Of a stretch of 64,000 nt of DNA, positions 13,496 to 25,188 are shown piece by piece. The notes beneath the pieces were generated by a model. That model was not told the DNA's origin. It did no database searches and saw only the letters and a list, made by a program, of their open reading frames with translations. How positions within the stretch are numbered: position 1 is the stretch's first letter; every line of letters begins with the position of its first letter. The translations under genes and the position numbers were made by a program. Source of the stretch: Octopus sinensis (lineage: Eukaryota); the NCBI RefSeq assembly GCF_006345805.1, contig NC_043007.1:13578001-13642000 (forward strand), given 5' to 3'.

Positions 13496-13601
13496 AAATA
13501 CAGGGTGAATACTTGATAAATCTAAACACCTATATATGCCAGCTAGTGGTATAGGTGATAGGATATATGTATCAAAAGAAAAACAGGACGCAAAGGATTT
13601 T

Positions 13602-13687
13602 GCGGTACATATGTTTCGGGCTTTATTGAACAACTTATATCAATGCATAATTGATATAACAGGTAGATCAAATCTTTCTTCAGCCGC
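13602..13687 (-). ncRNA. Type I hammerhead-like motif with extended stem II
   Basis: Minus strand: gcgg-CTGAAGA-...ttatatcaat/attgatataa hairpin...-GAAAC-atat-GTA-ccgc. The base of stem II is poorly paired. Confidence 0.5.
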
Positions 13688-13812
13688 GTACAATTACCAC
13701 ACCAAAGACATGTATCACATTATAGCAGGTTTGAGAAAAAGTTTGGGAAAAAACCGAGTTTCGTTGCGAAAGTAAATCCTCATAGGCGTATATGGCATTG
13801 CGAAATATATAT

Positions 13813-14228
13813 ACTCTTACTCTTTTTTACTCTTTTACTTGTTTCAGTCATTTGACTGCGGCCATGCTGGAGCACCACCTTTTAGTCGAGCAAATCGACC
13901 CCAAGACTTATTCTTTGTAAGCCAAGTACTTATTTATCGGTCTCTTTTGCCGAACCGCTAAGTGACGGGGATGTAAACACACCAGCATCGGTTGTCAAGC
14001 AATGCTAGGGGGACCAAAACACAGACACAAAACACACACATACATATATATATATATACATATACGACGGGCTTCTTTTCAGTTTCCGTCTACCCAATCC
14101 ACTCACAAGGCAATGGTCGGCCCGGGGCTATAGCAGAAGACACTTGCCCAAGAGCCACGCAGTGGGACTGAAACCGGAAACCATGTGGTTGTTTAGCAAG
14201 CTACTTACACACAGCCACTCCTGCGCTA
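13813..14228 (-). mobile_element. SINE A
   Basis: Full-length reverse copy. Confidence 0.9.
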
Positions 14229-14233
14229 TATAT

Positions 14234-14279
<46 letters not shown>

Positions 14280-14689
14280 ACTTGTATGAATATATATAAT
14301 GTATATGAACATGTGTGTGTGTGGTGTGTAAAAAATTCCTTGTTGATGTTGAAATTACAATGAGGAAGACCAGCATTTAATTTCGAATCCGACTCTTTCT
14401 CTATTGGGAACAAATGTTGAAATAAAACTTAATAATTGCATGCATATATTCATTCATTGACACATAATTAGCACATATCTGTAAAAGTACATGGCTACAT
14501 TAGTAGCTGAGTAATTCTTTGGCACAGTTCTATAATACATGTGTGGCGTTCAGTTACTCAATAAATACTAAAAGACTTACATATTTAGTGTATGTCATAT
14601 CTGTACGTTTTTAAGTACTTAATGCGTTTTTCATTGATCATATATATATATAATTTACGAGATAAGGGCACAAGAAAAATTCTAATGCC

Positions 14690-14934
14690 AAACATGACGA
14701 AACAATTTTTTTTTTTTTTTTTGCCGATAACCATTATAATTTATGCGTCTGGAGTAAGTATTTCATTTATATCTCTCGTATTTGCTGCTGAAGAGGGGAA
14801 AATTTCTTATGAATTAACCCCGAAATTGGACCAATACGGTAATGACGAATTTTTTAGAGATTTCTATCGGTTTGTTTCGAGACGTATAAATTATAATGGT
14901 TATCGAAAAAAAAAAAATTTGTTTCGGCATATTT
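14690..14934. mobile_element. 245-bp foldback element with ~60-bp inverted arms (including T17/A12 tracts)
   Basis: 14725-14750 pairs with 14880-14905 (26 nt, one G.U). Outer arms 14690-14705 and 14919-14934 pair with 2 mismatches. Confidence 0.8.
14782..14842 (+). ncRNA. Intact type I hammerhead ribozyme
   Basis: Stem I ttgctg/cggtaa; core CTGAAGA 14788-14794; stem II gggg/cccc; GAAA 14822-14825; stem III attg-gac-caat; AUA cleavage triplet with predicted cut after 14836. Confidence 0.8.
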
Positions 14935-14996
14935 CCAGGAATCGAAGCCACAATCTTACGATTACACCCTAACCACTAAGCCACGCACCTCCACAA
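14935..14996 (-). mobile_element. tRNA-derived SINE head remnant
   Basis: Minus strand ggaggtgcgtggcttagtggttaggg...ttcgattcctgg carries A- and B-box-like motifs. Confidence 0.6.
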
Positions 14997-15035
14997 ACAC
15001 CCACACACACACACACACACACGTATATATACAAT

Positions 15036-15078
<43 letters not shown>

Positions 15079-15132
15079 GTATATATGTATATATGTATAT
15101 ATATTTACTTATAAATATATATACATATAATC

Positions 15133-15170
<38 letters not shown>

Positions 15171-15216
15171 ATATATATATGTATATATATTTATATGTAA
15201 AATATATATATATATA

Positions 15217-15262
<46 letters not shown>

Positions 15263-15319
15263 TATATAATCTATATATATTATATATATCATATGCAGTA
15301 ATATGTACTTCGAATTTTG

Positions 15320-15437
15320 GCACAAGGACAGTAAATTCGGTGAAGGAGAAAGTAAGTCGATTACAACGACCCAATTACACTACTGGTACTTGTTTTATCG
15401 ACCCCAAAATGATGAAAGGCAAAGTTGACTTCGGCGT
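15320..15437 (-). mobile_element. SINE B-related fragment
   Basis: ctggtacttgttttatcgaccccaaaatgatgaaaggcaaagttgac. Confidence 0.7.
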
Positions 15438-15730
15438 GGTAACGATTCTGTCAGCTCACCACCTGCAATATTTAACTCTAATTAATCTTAACGAGATAAT
15501 TAACACAAAAAAATGGTCTCAACGGATATCCATGAATAATTTTTTTAAAATTTGGTCCTGTGATAAAAGCACACACACAAATACACACACGCACATATAT
15601 ACATGAATATATGTATATATTTATATATATGTGTGTGTGTGTTTGAATGCTAATGTGTAAATCAACGAATATGTATATGTATGTATGTGTTCACACGCGC
15701 ACGCATGTACGTATACATTTATATATATAT

Positions 15731-16176
15731 ACTCTTTACTCTTTTACTCTTTTACTTGTTTCAGTCATTTGACTGCGGCCATGCTGGAGCACCGCCTTTA
15801 GTCGATCAAATCGACCCCGGAACTTATTTTTTGTAAGCCTAGTACTTATTCTATCGGTCTCTTTTGCCGAACCGCTAAGTGGCGGGGACGTAAACACACC
15901 AGCATCGGTTGTCAAGTAATGCTAGGGGGACAAACACAGACACACAAACACACACACACACACATACACATATATATATATACATATATACGACAGGCTT
16001 CTTTCAGTTTCCGTCTACCAAATCCACTCACAAGGCATTGGTCGGCCCGGGGCTATAGCAGAAGACACTTGCCCAAGATGCCACGCCGTGGGACTGAACC
16101 CGCAACCATGTTGTTGGTTAGCAAGCTACTTACCACACAGCCACTCCTGCGCCACTCCTGCGCCACTCCTGCGCCT
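15731..16176 (-). mobile_element. SINE A with triplicated 11-nt 5' end
   Basis: Full length; gccactcctgc x3 at 16140-16172. Confidence 0.9.
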
Positions 16177-17280
16177 ATTTCTATATAAGTATATATGAAT
16201 TATGTGTGTATGTAATTTTTGTATGTATCAATTAGTCTGTCTATCTTTCTGTCTCTCTGTCTTTTTCTCTATCTCTGTTTCCATCTGTCTGTCTGTCTCA
16301 ATATATATACGCACATACATATCAATGTGTGTATGAAAAGCATTATGTTTTGCAGATATGACGAAAGAGGGCATTCAAATATGGAAAATATGCTACAGAA
16401 TTTGCAGTCCCCACTGATTACAAGTGATTCTGTTTTAATCCCAAATGTCACATCATCTCTTTGAAGTAGTTTCGTCCATTTATCAACAGTTCCTCTGTCG
16501 CAAGAAAAACATCGGTTCTCGAGGCACCGACGGCGAAAGAAAAGAGGAAAAAAAAATGCGTATGGGTTAGAACTCACTTGGTGACGTAACATTTTCTGTA
16601 CAGCCATTTATAGATACATACATACACACACACACACACATACATTCATATATATATTTATATATGTATGTGTATATATAAGTGTATATATATAATATAT
16701 ATATTATATATAATGTGTGTGTTGTGTGTGTGTGTGTGTGTTGTATATATATGTTTATATATATATATAATATATATATATACATACACTTTTGTATATG
16801 TGTATATATGTATATATATATATTTCTGTATCTCTCTTCTCTCTCCCCCTCGTCCTCTCTGTTCCCCTCTTTGACTATATATGTATATGTGAGTGTATAA
16901 AGGATGTATATATATATATATATATATATCTATATATACATACATATATATGTCTGTGTGCGTGTGTGTGTGTGTGTGTGTGCGTTTGTTTGTTTATTTG
17001 TGTGTGTATATGTATGTATGTTTGTCTGAGCATGTATGTATGGAAATATTTACGTACATACATAGATTCATTCTACATCCATACTTGCATATATTGAAAC
17101 AGATCACAAGACACTACAGAGAGAGAATAGAATATTATACGCGCAGCTCAACAGGCTCCATGTAAAGACACATTAATCATCCTAGACTGTAACGAAAACC
17201 TAACAGACAAGACCATTAATAAATGCTTACATAACAACTCACTCGTTCCTCAGACGTATACATCACATTCTTGATTTCTT

Positions 17281-17696
17281 GGATCTTTTCGGTTTGAACG
17301 GCAGTTTTTTTCTAGCGGTGTCATATGAAATTGTCGCCCATAATTATGACCCTGGTATCGATCCATTGCATTTCAATCCGTTTTAGGGTTAGGGTTAGGG
17401 GTGGGGTAGGGGAGAAGGGTATGTTTTTTCTTTCTTCAGAAATGTAAATAAACCCAATCTGTTTCTTAAACGAGGGACATATTCATACGGCACAGAATGG
17501 GGCTTTTTTTTTTTTTTTTTTTACCTCAATGGACGTAATTGATTGGTTGAAATTGCAGAAATTTAAGAAAACAAAAAAAAAAAACAAATATCTTACAAAC
17601 TATAGAATATTCTCAATAAAGCCAAGAGAAAAAGACGTGTTATAAACACATTCTACCAGTATACGAAGTTTACTGCCGTTCAAACCGAAAAGATCC
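17281..17696. mobile_element. MITE / non-autonomous DNA transposon, perfect 25-bp TIR, 7-bp TSD ATTTCTT
   Basis: TIR ggatcttttcggtttgaacggcagt at 17281-17305 and its reverse complement at 17672-17696. TSD at 17274-17280 and 17697-17703. Confidence 0.9.
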
Positions 17697-18164
17697 ATTT
17701 CTTTTACCTCTTCTGTTTGATACTACAATGCCATCTTCTAAATCTATTCATATTAAGGCTCACCTGAAAAATCAACTCAGTCTTTCATCTCATTAACATG
17801 TGTTTATGTCTCGACGAATAGTTTTCATTGCAATAAATGTCAAATAGTCTATATCGTCACATATGATCTATATGAAGAACGTACTTCTTGCCAAAGCCTT
17901 CCGTAGATATCCAGTATCATTAGTTAAGCAGAATATAAACTACATTGACTTAACGGTCTTCAGTGACTGGCTGGTTATGATGGGCATACACGCGTCCTCC
18001 AGTTTGAATTATCCACAAAGGCTTAAGATAATATGAATGTTTGTATGCATGTATTTGTGTCACTGCTAGTTGTTGTATGTACACACACGCACACACTCAC
18101 ACAAACATTCAAACATACACATAGACACATATACATACACATACATACACACATAGACACACAC

Positions 18165-18347
18165 CAACACAAACGTTTTCTCTCCTTGCTTCTTTCCTTG
18201 TTTCTCTCTGCGTCCTTTCTGTAGAAGAGCATAGGTTCGAATCGTTAAATACTTTTTTCAATTCTCCAGCGTTATACTAATACATCTGTCTGTTTTCTAC
18301 ACCATCTGTCTTCGTCTTTTGCTTCTTTTTTTGTGAATTCTCCCTCT
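18165..18347 (+). mobile_element. ~190-bp dispersed element H2 with degenerate hammerhead motif
   Basis: ctgtaga-a-gagc-atag-gttc-gaatcgtt. Homologous to 44105, 54232 and 29410. Confidence 0.7.
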
Positions 18348-18407
18348 ATATATATATATATTAGTTAGTTAGTTAGTTAATGTTTTGGCTCAAAAAGCAA
18401 AAAGCAA

Positions 18408-18815
18408 GGCGCAGGAGTGGCTGTGTGGTAAGTAGCTTGCTAACCAACCACATGGTTCCGGGTTCAGTCCCACTGCGTGACATCTTGGGCAACTGTCTTC
18501 TGCTATAGCCCCGGGCCGACCAATGCCTTGTGAGTGGATTGGTAGCGACTGAAAACTGAAGAAGCCTGTCGTATATATGTATATATATATATATGTGTAT
18601 GTGTGTGTGTTTGTCTCCCTCGCATTGCTTGGCAACCGATGCTGGTGTGTTTACGTCCCCGTCACATAGCGGTTCGGCAAAAGAGACCGATAGAATAAGT
18701 ACTGGGCTCACAAAGAATAAGTCCCGGGGTCGATTTGCTCGACTAAAGGTGGTGCTCCAGCATGGCCGCAGTCAAATGACTGAAACAAGTAAAAGAGTAA
18801 AAGAGTAAAAAGAGA
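18408..18815 (+). mobile_element. SINE A
   Basis: Full-length copy. Confidence 0.9.
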
Positions 18816-18886
18816 GTATGTAGGGGGACATGGAGTTATGTACAGGGTGGTGTTCATGTAAAGAGTCAGGCCACTTGAGGTTTCCC

Positions 18887-18937
<51 letters not shown>

Positions 18938-18959
18938 TATATATGTATGTGTGTATAAA

Positions 18960-20213
18960 TATTCAAGTTTTCGGGCTACATAAGATGACTTCAAGTCTCC
19001 TGTTTCCTTTTTGCTGAACAGCTTGATGTATTGGTGAACAGTCTACGACGGTGGAGAATATAAGTGTTATAGCTGTAGTAAAGAAGAAGTTAGCGAGTAT
19101 GGAGGACCGGAAGCCATCTGAATATTGCAAAAAATTAAAACCTGCCTGATAATGACCCACAACTGTTATCAAATTGCTGAATTTATGTCTGGTGCCCAAT
19201 ACTTTTATGAACGTGGAGGCGCAATGGCCCAGCGGTTAGGGCAGCGGACTCGCGGTCATAGGATCGCGGTATCGATTCCCAGATCGGGCGTTGTGAGTGT
19301 TTATTGAGCAAAAACACGTAAAAGCTCCACGAGGCTCCGGCAGGGGATGGTGGTGATCCCTGCTGTACTCTTTCACCACAACTTTCTCTCACTCTTACTT
19401 CCTGTTTCTGTTCTACCTGTATTTCAAGGGGCCGGCCTTGTCACTCTCTGTGTCACGCTGAATATCCCCGAGAACTACGTTAAGGGTGCACGTGTCTGTG
19501 AAGTGCTCAGCCACTTGCGTGTTAATTTCACGAGCAGGCTGTTCCGTTGATTCGGATCAACCGGGACCCTCATCGTCGTAACCGACGGAGTGCTTCCACT
19601 TTTATGAACACTGTAAATGTTTTAAGACGTCATATGGACATAATCCCCAAAGCTGAAAGGATCTTTGGGTGCGTCTTCAGTCAAGTGACGTCATGTCGCA
19701 ACCCCAAATCCTTGAACAGAGCCTTACCTTCAATATAGAGAGCTTTCTTTATGAAGCTGCTAGAGACTATTTCAAAGCCTGGCTAGAGACGGTTGCTACT
19801 GGAAAGCCATATATGTGTCAGCAAAACTCGGCTGCTTGCCGTATCTCCGGACACAGTCAGAAGTGTTTGCTTCTGAGAATTCAGTATCTCCAATCTTTGG
19901 CCTCCTAATTTCTTCCGTTGCTGTCACATGAATCACTAGGTGTGGGGCAAAGTTGAGAGTGACACCAACCACTCTACCTACAACGCATAGGCCGAGATTT
20001 AAGAAGGTTCTCACACGGTTACAAGGAGGAATGATTGCGCTAGGTTCCGGGGTCATCTTGACTCTGTGGTGGAAGTGAGGGCGGTTGCGTTGAGAAAAAT
20101 TTTAAGTCTCAGCCATAATCCAGTTATAAATTTGAATTTCAAAATGCTTTTATTTCTGGATGGGATATTTTCTTTTCCGTTTATGAAAACAAATTGATCC
20201 CGAACACCCTGTA
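18960..20213 (+). mobile_element. Decayed Tc1/mariner (DD37D/maT-like) transposon interrupted by SINE D
   Basis: Frameshifted AWLETVATGKPYMCQQNSAAC..., NLWPPN..., VWGKVESDTN and RFRGHLDSVVE. Ends in ...gaacaccctg followed by TA at 20212. The 5' limit is uncertain. Confidence 0.75.
19213..19597 (+). mobile_element. SINE family D, full length, 12-bp TSD ACTTTTATGAAC
   Basis: tRNA head ggaggcgcaatggcccagcggttagg. TSD at 19201-19212 and 19598-19609. Confidence 0.9.
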
Positions 20214-20219
20214 TATATA

Positions 20220-20256
<37 letters not shown>

Positions 20257-20261
<5 letters not shown>

Positions 20262-21039
20262 TTAGATAAAACTTAGATATGTTTCGACCAGAGATTGGTC
20301 CAGGCCATGTCTAACTTAATAGCACCACCTGATAGATTATTCGAATCCTGTTTAAGTCAAGTTTTGTTCAAGTAGTGAGTTCTTGTTGGGTGAGTTGTAT
20401 CCAATTATGGGTGGCTTATCTGGTATTCTTTGAAGGAATCTATCCAGACTCTGTTTAAAGTTGATGGGATCCTTTTCCTCTTTGATCTCCCTCGGGACAA
20501 TGTTAAATAGGGCAGGGCCTGTTGAGGAAAAGAAATTATGTTGCAGTGTACATGTATGTTGTGATCTTGAATTTGGCAGGGGACGTATAGCCCGTGGTCC
20601 AAGTCTTGGATGGACCTTGAAGCTAATGTTTAGGTCGTTTGGGCAAAGTTGGAGGTATATTTTCCACATCGTACAAATGATGTACCGCTCACGGCGACGC
20701 TGGAGGGAGTAAAGTTTCAAGGTTTTAAGGCGATCCCAATAATCGAGAGCAGCCATGCCTTCAATTTGTTTAGTGGGAGCCCTCTGGGGTGACTCAATTC
20801 TGGAGATGTTTTGTCTTGTGTGAGGAGACCACAGTGGGCAGCAATATTCAAGGTGTGGCCGTACAAAGGAGGAAAAAAGTGGTATGATGACACCTTCTTC
20901 TCTGGACCGGAAAGTTCTAAAGATCCAGGAACTCATCCTACGAGCTATATCAACCTTCTTGTTGATGTGTGCACTCCAACTGAGATCATCATCAACAATT
21001 ACACCCAGGTCTCTGATATTGTTAGAGGCTGTGAGCGAC
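20257..21039 (-). mobile_element. CR1/L2-like LINE 3' end (RT C-terminus + 3' UTR + (ATCTAAGTTTT)n tail)
   Basis: ORF 20352-21206 gives IRDLGVIVD...RPHLEYCCPLWSPH...LYSLQRRRERY...PDKP. Confidence 0.92.
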
Positions 21040-21065
21040 ACAAATATATATATACGCAGAGCTTT

Positions 21066-21405
21066 ACTGCGTGGCACCTTGTGCAAGCGTCTCCTGCTAG
21101 AGTCTTCGGCCGGCCCAACGCGTTGTGACTGGAGTTCGTTGATGGAAACTGAAAGAAGCCAGTCGTGTATAAATATATAGATATATATATATACATATAT
21201 ATACATATATGTTTACGTTTGTGTGTCACTGTCTCCACATCGTCGCTTCACAACCGATGTTGGTGTGTTTTCGTCCTCTTAACTTAGCGTCTTGGCAAAA
21301 GGGACAGATAGAATAAGTACTATGCTTACAAAGAGTAGGTCTTGTTCGACGAAAGGCGGTGCTTCAGCTTGGCCGAAGTCAAATATCTGAGACAAATAAC
21401 AGAAT
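21066..21405 (+). mobile_element. SINE A, 5'-truncated and diverged
   Basis: actgcgtggcacctt...gaaactgaaagaagcc...aaggcggtgcttcagc. Confidence 0.8.
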
Positions 21406-21501
21406 AAAATAATGTACACACACACTCATATATATATATACAAACCTACGTACGTGCAACAAAATACACACTATATACTTATATATATATATATTATATA
21501 T

Positions 21502-22740
21502 AAAACTTAGATAAAACTTAGATATGTTTCGACCAGAGATTGGTCCAGGCCATGTCTAACTTAATAGCACCACCTGATAGGATTATTCGAATCCTGTTTA
21601 AGTCAAGTTTTGTTCAAGTAGTGAGTTCTTGTTGGGTGAGTTGTATCCAATTATGGGTGGCTTATATGGTATTCTTTGAAGGAATCTATCCAGACTCTGT
21701 TTAAAGTTGATGGGATCCTTTTCCTCTTTGATCTCCCTGGACAATGTTAAATAGGGCAGGGCCTGTTGAGGAAAAGAAATTATGTTGCAGTGTACATGTA
21801 TGTTGTGATCTTGAATTTGGCAGGGGACGTATAGCCCGTGGTCCAAGTCTTGGATGGACCTTGAAGCTAATGTTTAGGTCGTTTGGGCAAAGTTGGAGGT
21901 TATTTTTCCACATCGTACAAATGATGTACCGCTCACGGCGACGCTGGAGGGAGTAAAGTTTCAAGGTTTTAAGGCGATCCCAATAATCGAGAGCAGCCAT
22001 GCCTTCAATTTGTTTAGTGGGAGCCCTCTGGGGTGACTCAATTCTGGAGATGTTTGGTCTTGTGTGAGGAGACCACAGTGGGCAGCAATATTCAAGGTGT
22101 GGCCGTACCAAAGGAGGAAAAAAGTGGTATGATGACACCTTTTCTCTGGACCGGAAAGTTCTAAAGATCAGGAACTCATCCTACGAGCTATATCAACCTC
22201 TTGTTGATGTGTGCACTCCAACTGAGATCATCATCAACAATTACACCCAGGTCTCTGAATTGTTAGAGGCTGTGAGCGACACAAATATATATATACGCAG
22301 AGCTTTACTGCGTGGCACCTTGTGCAAGCGTCTCCTGCTAGAGTCTTCGGCCGGCCCAACGCGTTGTGACGTGACTGGAGTTCGTTGATGGAAACTGAAA
22401 GAAGCCAGGCGTGTATAAATATATAGATATATATATATACATATATATACATATTGTTTACGTTGGTGTGTCACTGTCTCCACATCGTCGCTTCACAACC
22501 GATGTTGGTGTGTTTTCGTCCTCTTAACTTAGCGTCTTGGCAAAGGGACAGATAGAATAAGTACTATGCTTACAAAGAGTAGGTCTTGTTCGACGAAAGG
22601 CGGTGGGTGCTTCAGCTTGGCCGAAGTCAAATATCTGAGACAATAACAGAATAAAATAATGTACACACACACTCATATATATATATACAAACCTACGTAC
22701 GTGCACACAAATACACACATATATACTTATATATATATAT
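21502..22740. repeat. Second copy of ~1.24-kb tandem duplication (LINE + SINE A) of 20257-21501
   Basis: Near-identical sequence differing mostly by small indels. Confidence 0.92.
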
Positions 22741-23254
22741 ACATACATACATACATACATACATACATACATACATACATACATTCACATGGATTGATAC
22801 ATATATATTTAATATATTCTAGAAGTCCATAATATATAGATATGGTACATACGGTTTTTGGTAGTCAGTCCATATTTAATTACTCATTCTACGCCAGGCT
22901 CTAAAGATATTATCACTTTCGTGTTCGAAAATAGAATATCATTGATATCACAAAAAGATACTTCTTTCACACATTTACATTTTAGGATATTTCTGTTATC
23001 ATTCAATTAGTTAATACGAAATTATGCATGATATATCTATTTTTTTCTATAGCGACACTTCAAAAGTACAAATCTAATTTATTTCCCGACGAATTTTAAT
23101 GTCACATATATATGGGAATAATATTTTTGATAGTTAATTAAGAAATTCTGAAGTATATGCATATGAAATGGACTTAAATAGTAAACGCAGAAATAATTTG
23201 TGTGTGCATATGTAAGTATTTGTCTTGTATGTACAAGTATGAGGATATGCATCA

Positions 23255-23427
<173 letters not shown>

Positions 23428-23985
23428 GAATGAGAGAGCAGAGCATGCCATCAAAGTGACACTGGGTTAAAATATACGAAGCCCAGTATACTCATCAGGA
23501 CTACCCGTCTCATAAGGGAACACCAGGCACATGCGTCGCAACCATATGTGTGTGTGACATGGTGATTTCACATAAAGATAAACAGCGCATGACCTTGCAG
23601 GTGGGGCCCAGCTAGAATTTTCTTCTGGTCGAGTAGCCCATCCCGCTCAAAAGGTCCATGAATAGGGCTTGTTTAAGGATCTTGAACGAAACACCCATGT
23701 TTCCAGAGGTGAATTATTCAAACCCCAAACAATTCCTCTCACAACACGGCTATGATATTTCCCCACTACTTCTGCTCGTGATCAGAGATGCACATATCGT
23801 CAGCCACCAAAGGACATACTCAACTGGTTAAGGTCAAACAACTGACGAGCAAATCTGTGGTATTGAGCAGAATATTTGCTGTAGCCCATCTTTTATACCA
23901 AGACAAAACAATGTATATGATAACACTTCCAATCAGTTAAGACCAGCAGCCATGAGAGCCACTGCCTGGTACTGCATCAGGGCAT
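23428..23985. mobile_element. Unclassified ~560-bp repeat embedded in (TTA)n
   Basis: An internal segment is repeated at 24045-24470. Both copies are bounded by (TTA)n, and no coding signature is recognisable. Confidence 0.7.
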
Positions 23986-24000
23986 TTATTATTATTATCC

Positions 24001-24044
<44 letters not shown>

Positions 24045-24046
<2 letters not shown>

Positions 24047-24470
24047 GACTACCCGTCTGATAAAGGTACACCAGGCACATGCATCACAACCATATGTGCG
24101 CGACATGGTGATCTCATATCAAGATAAACAGCACATGACCTTGCAGGTGGGGCCCAGTTAGAATTTTCTTCAGGTTGAGTAGCCCATCCCGCTCAAACGG
24201 TCCCTGAATAAGGGTTGTTTAAGGATGTTGAAAGAACCACCCATGTTTCCAGAGGTGAACTATTCAAACCCCAAAGAATCCCTCTCAACACATGGCTATG
24301 ATGCTCCCCCACTACTTCTGCTCATGATCAGAGATGCACATACCGTCAGCCACTAAGGGACATGCTCAACTGGTTAAGGTCAAACAACTGACAAGCAAAT
24401 CTGTGGTATTGAGCAGAATGTTTGCTGTAGCCCATCTTTTATACCAAGACAAAACAACGTACATGATAAC
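24045..24470. repeat. Partial second copy of the 23428-23985 element
   Basis: High similarity by eye; truncated at both ends. Confidence 0.85.
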
Positions 24471-24491
24471 TTATTATTATTATTATTATTA

Positions 24492-24536
<45 letters not shown>

Positions 24537-24537
<1 letters not shown>

Positions 24538-25188
24538 GACGTCACACTGTATAAAAGGTGATGTTGCTAATTGAAGATATTGTATCTACCGGGGTATTGT
24601 AATATCTGTCAAGTCACAGCAATGATCTAAAACAGTACTTTACGCAATATATGTGTAGTTCCAAGTAATGCTGACTTTTGCAATGCAACTAAATCGTAGG
24701 ATATCTCTAATGTTTTTAGATGTTATTTTTTTTTTCAGATTGGGTGGTATTCAACCCAATGCTCGGATGACAATAGGGATAAACTTTATGTTCGACTCTC
24801 GTAGCTGCCGCATCTGATCGATCTCAGTTCTCAGGTCTTCAGATTTATCAACATTTTCTCTTTCTTTCATGATGTGTTGATCCCCTGGCACTGCTACGTC
24901 TATTATTAGGCACTCTACTTCGTCCCTCCTAATGGTTACTATATCCGGTCTTCGCTGCTCCAAAACTTTTATCTGGAAATCAAAGTTCCAGAGGATTTTT
25001 GCCTTCACCTTTTCCTTCATTACATTTTTCCGGTGTATTTTGCTACCAAGCACCCGTAACCTCATATCAATACTTATGGCATAGTAGCCAGTGGAGATTT
25101 CTGGCTACTTTGTTTCTCTACGCTCGTACTCTTTCTGCGCAAGACTTTCACAAGCGCTAAGAATGTCAGTCACACTTTCGACGCTGTC
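24537..25188 (-). pseudogene. R4/Dong-like LINE 3' fragment (CCHC remnant + PD..D endonuclease) ending at (TAA)n
   Basis: KILWNFDFQ...RPDIVTIRRDEVECLIIDVAVPGD...IPIVIRALG; C-terminus LQKSALLGTTHILRKVLF* with stop near 24627. Confidence 0.88.

Noticed and set aside
17383-17400. Telomere or interstitial telomeric array
   Set aside because: Only three TTAGGG units, internal to a MITE.
18841-18849. Left TIR of the maT-like transposon (tacagggtg)
   Set aside because: Only 9 bp match the right end, and similarity does not extend.
19213-19290. tRNA genes at SINE heads
   Set aside because: They lack a complete cloverleaf and acceptor stem and continue into SINE bodies.
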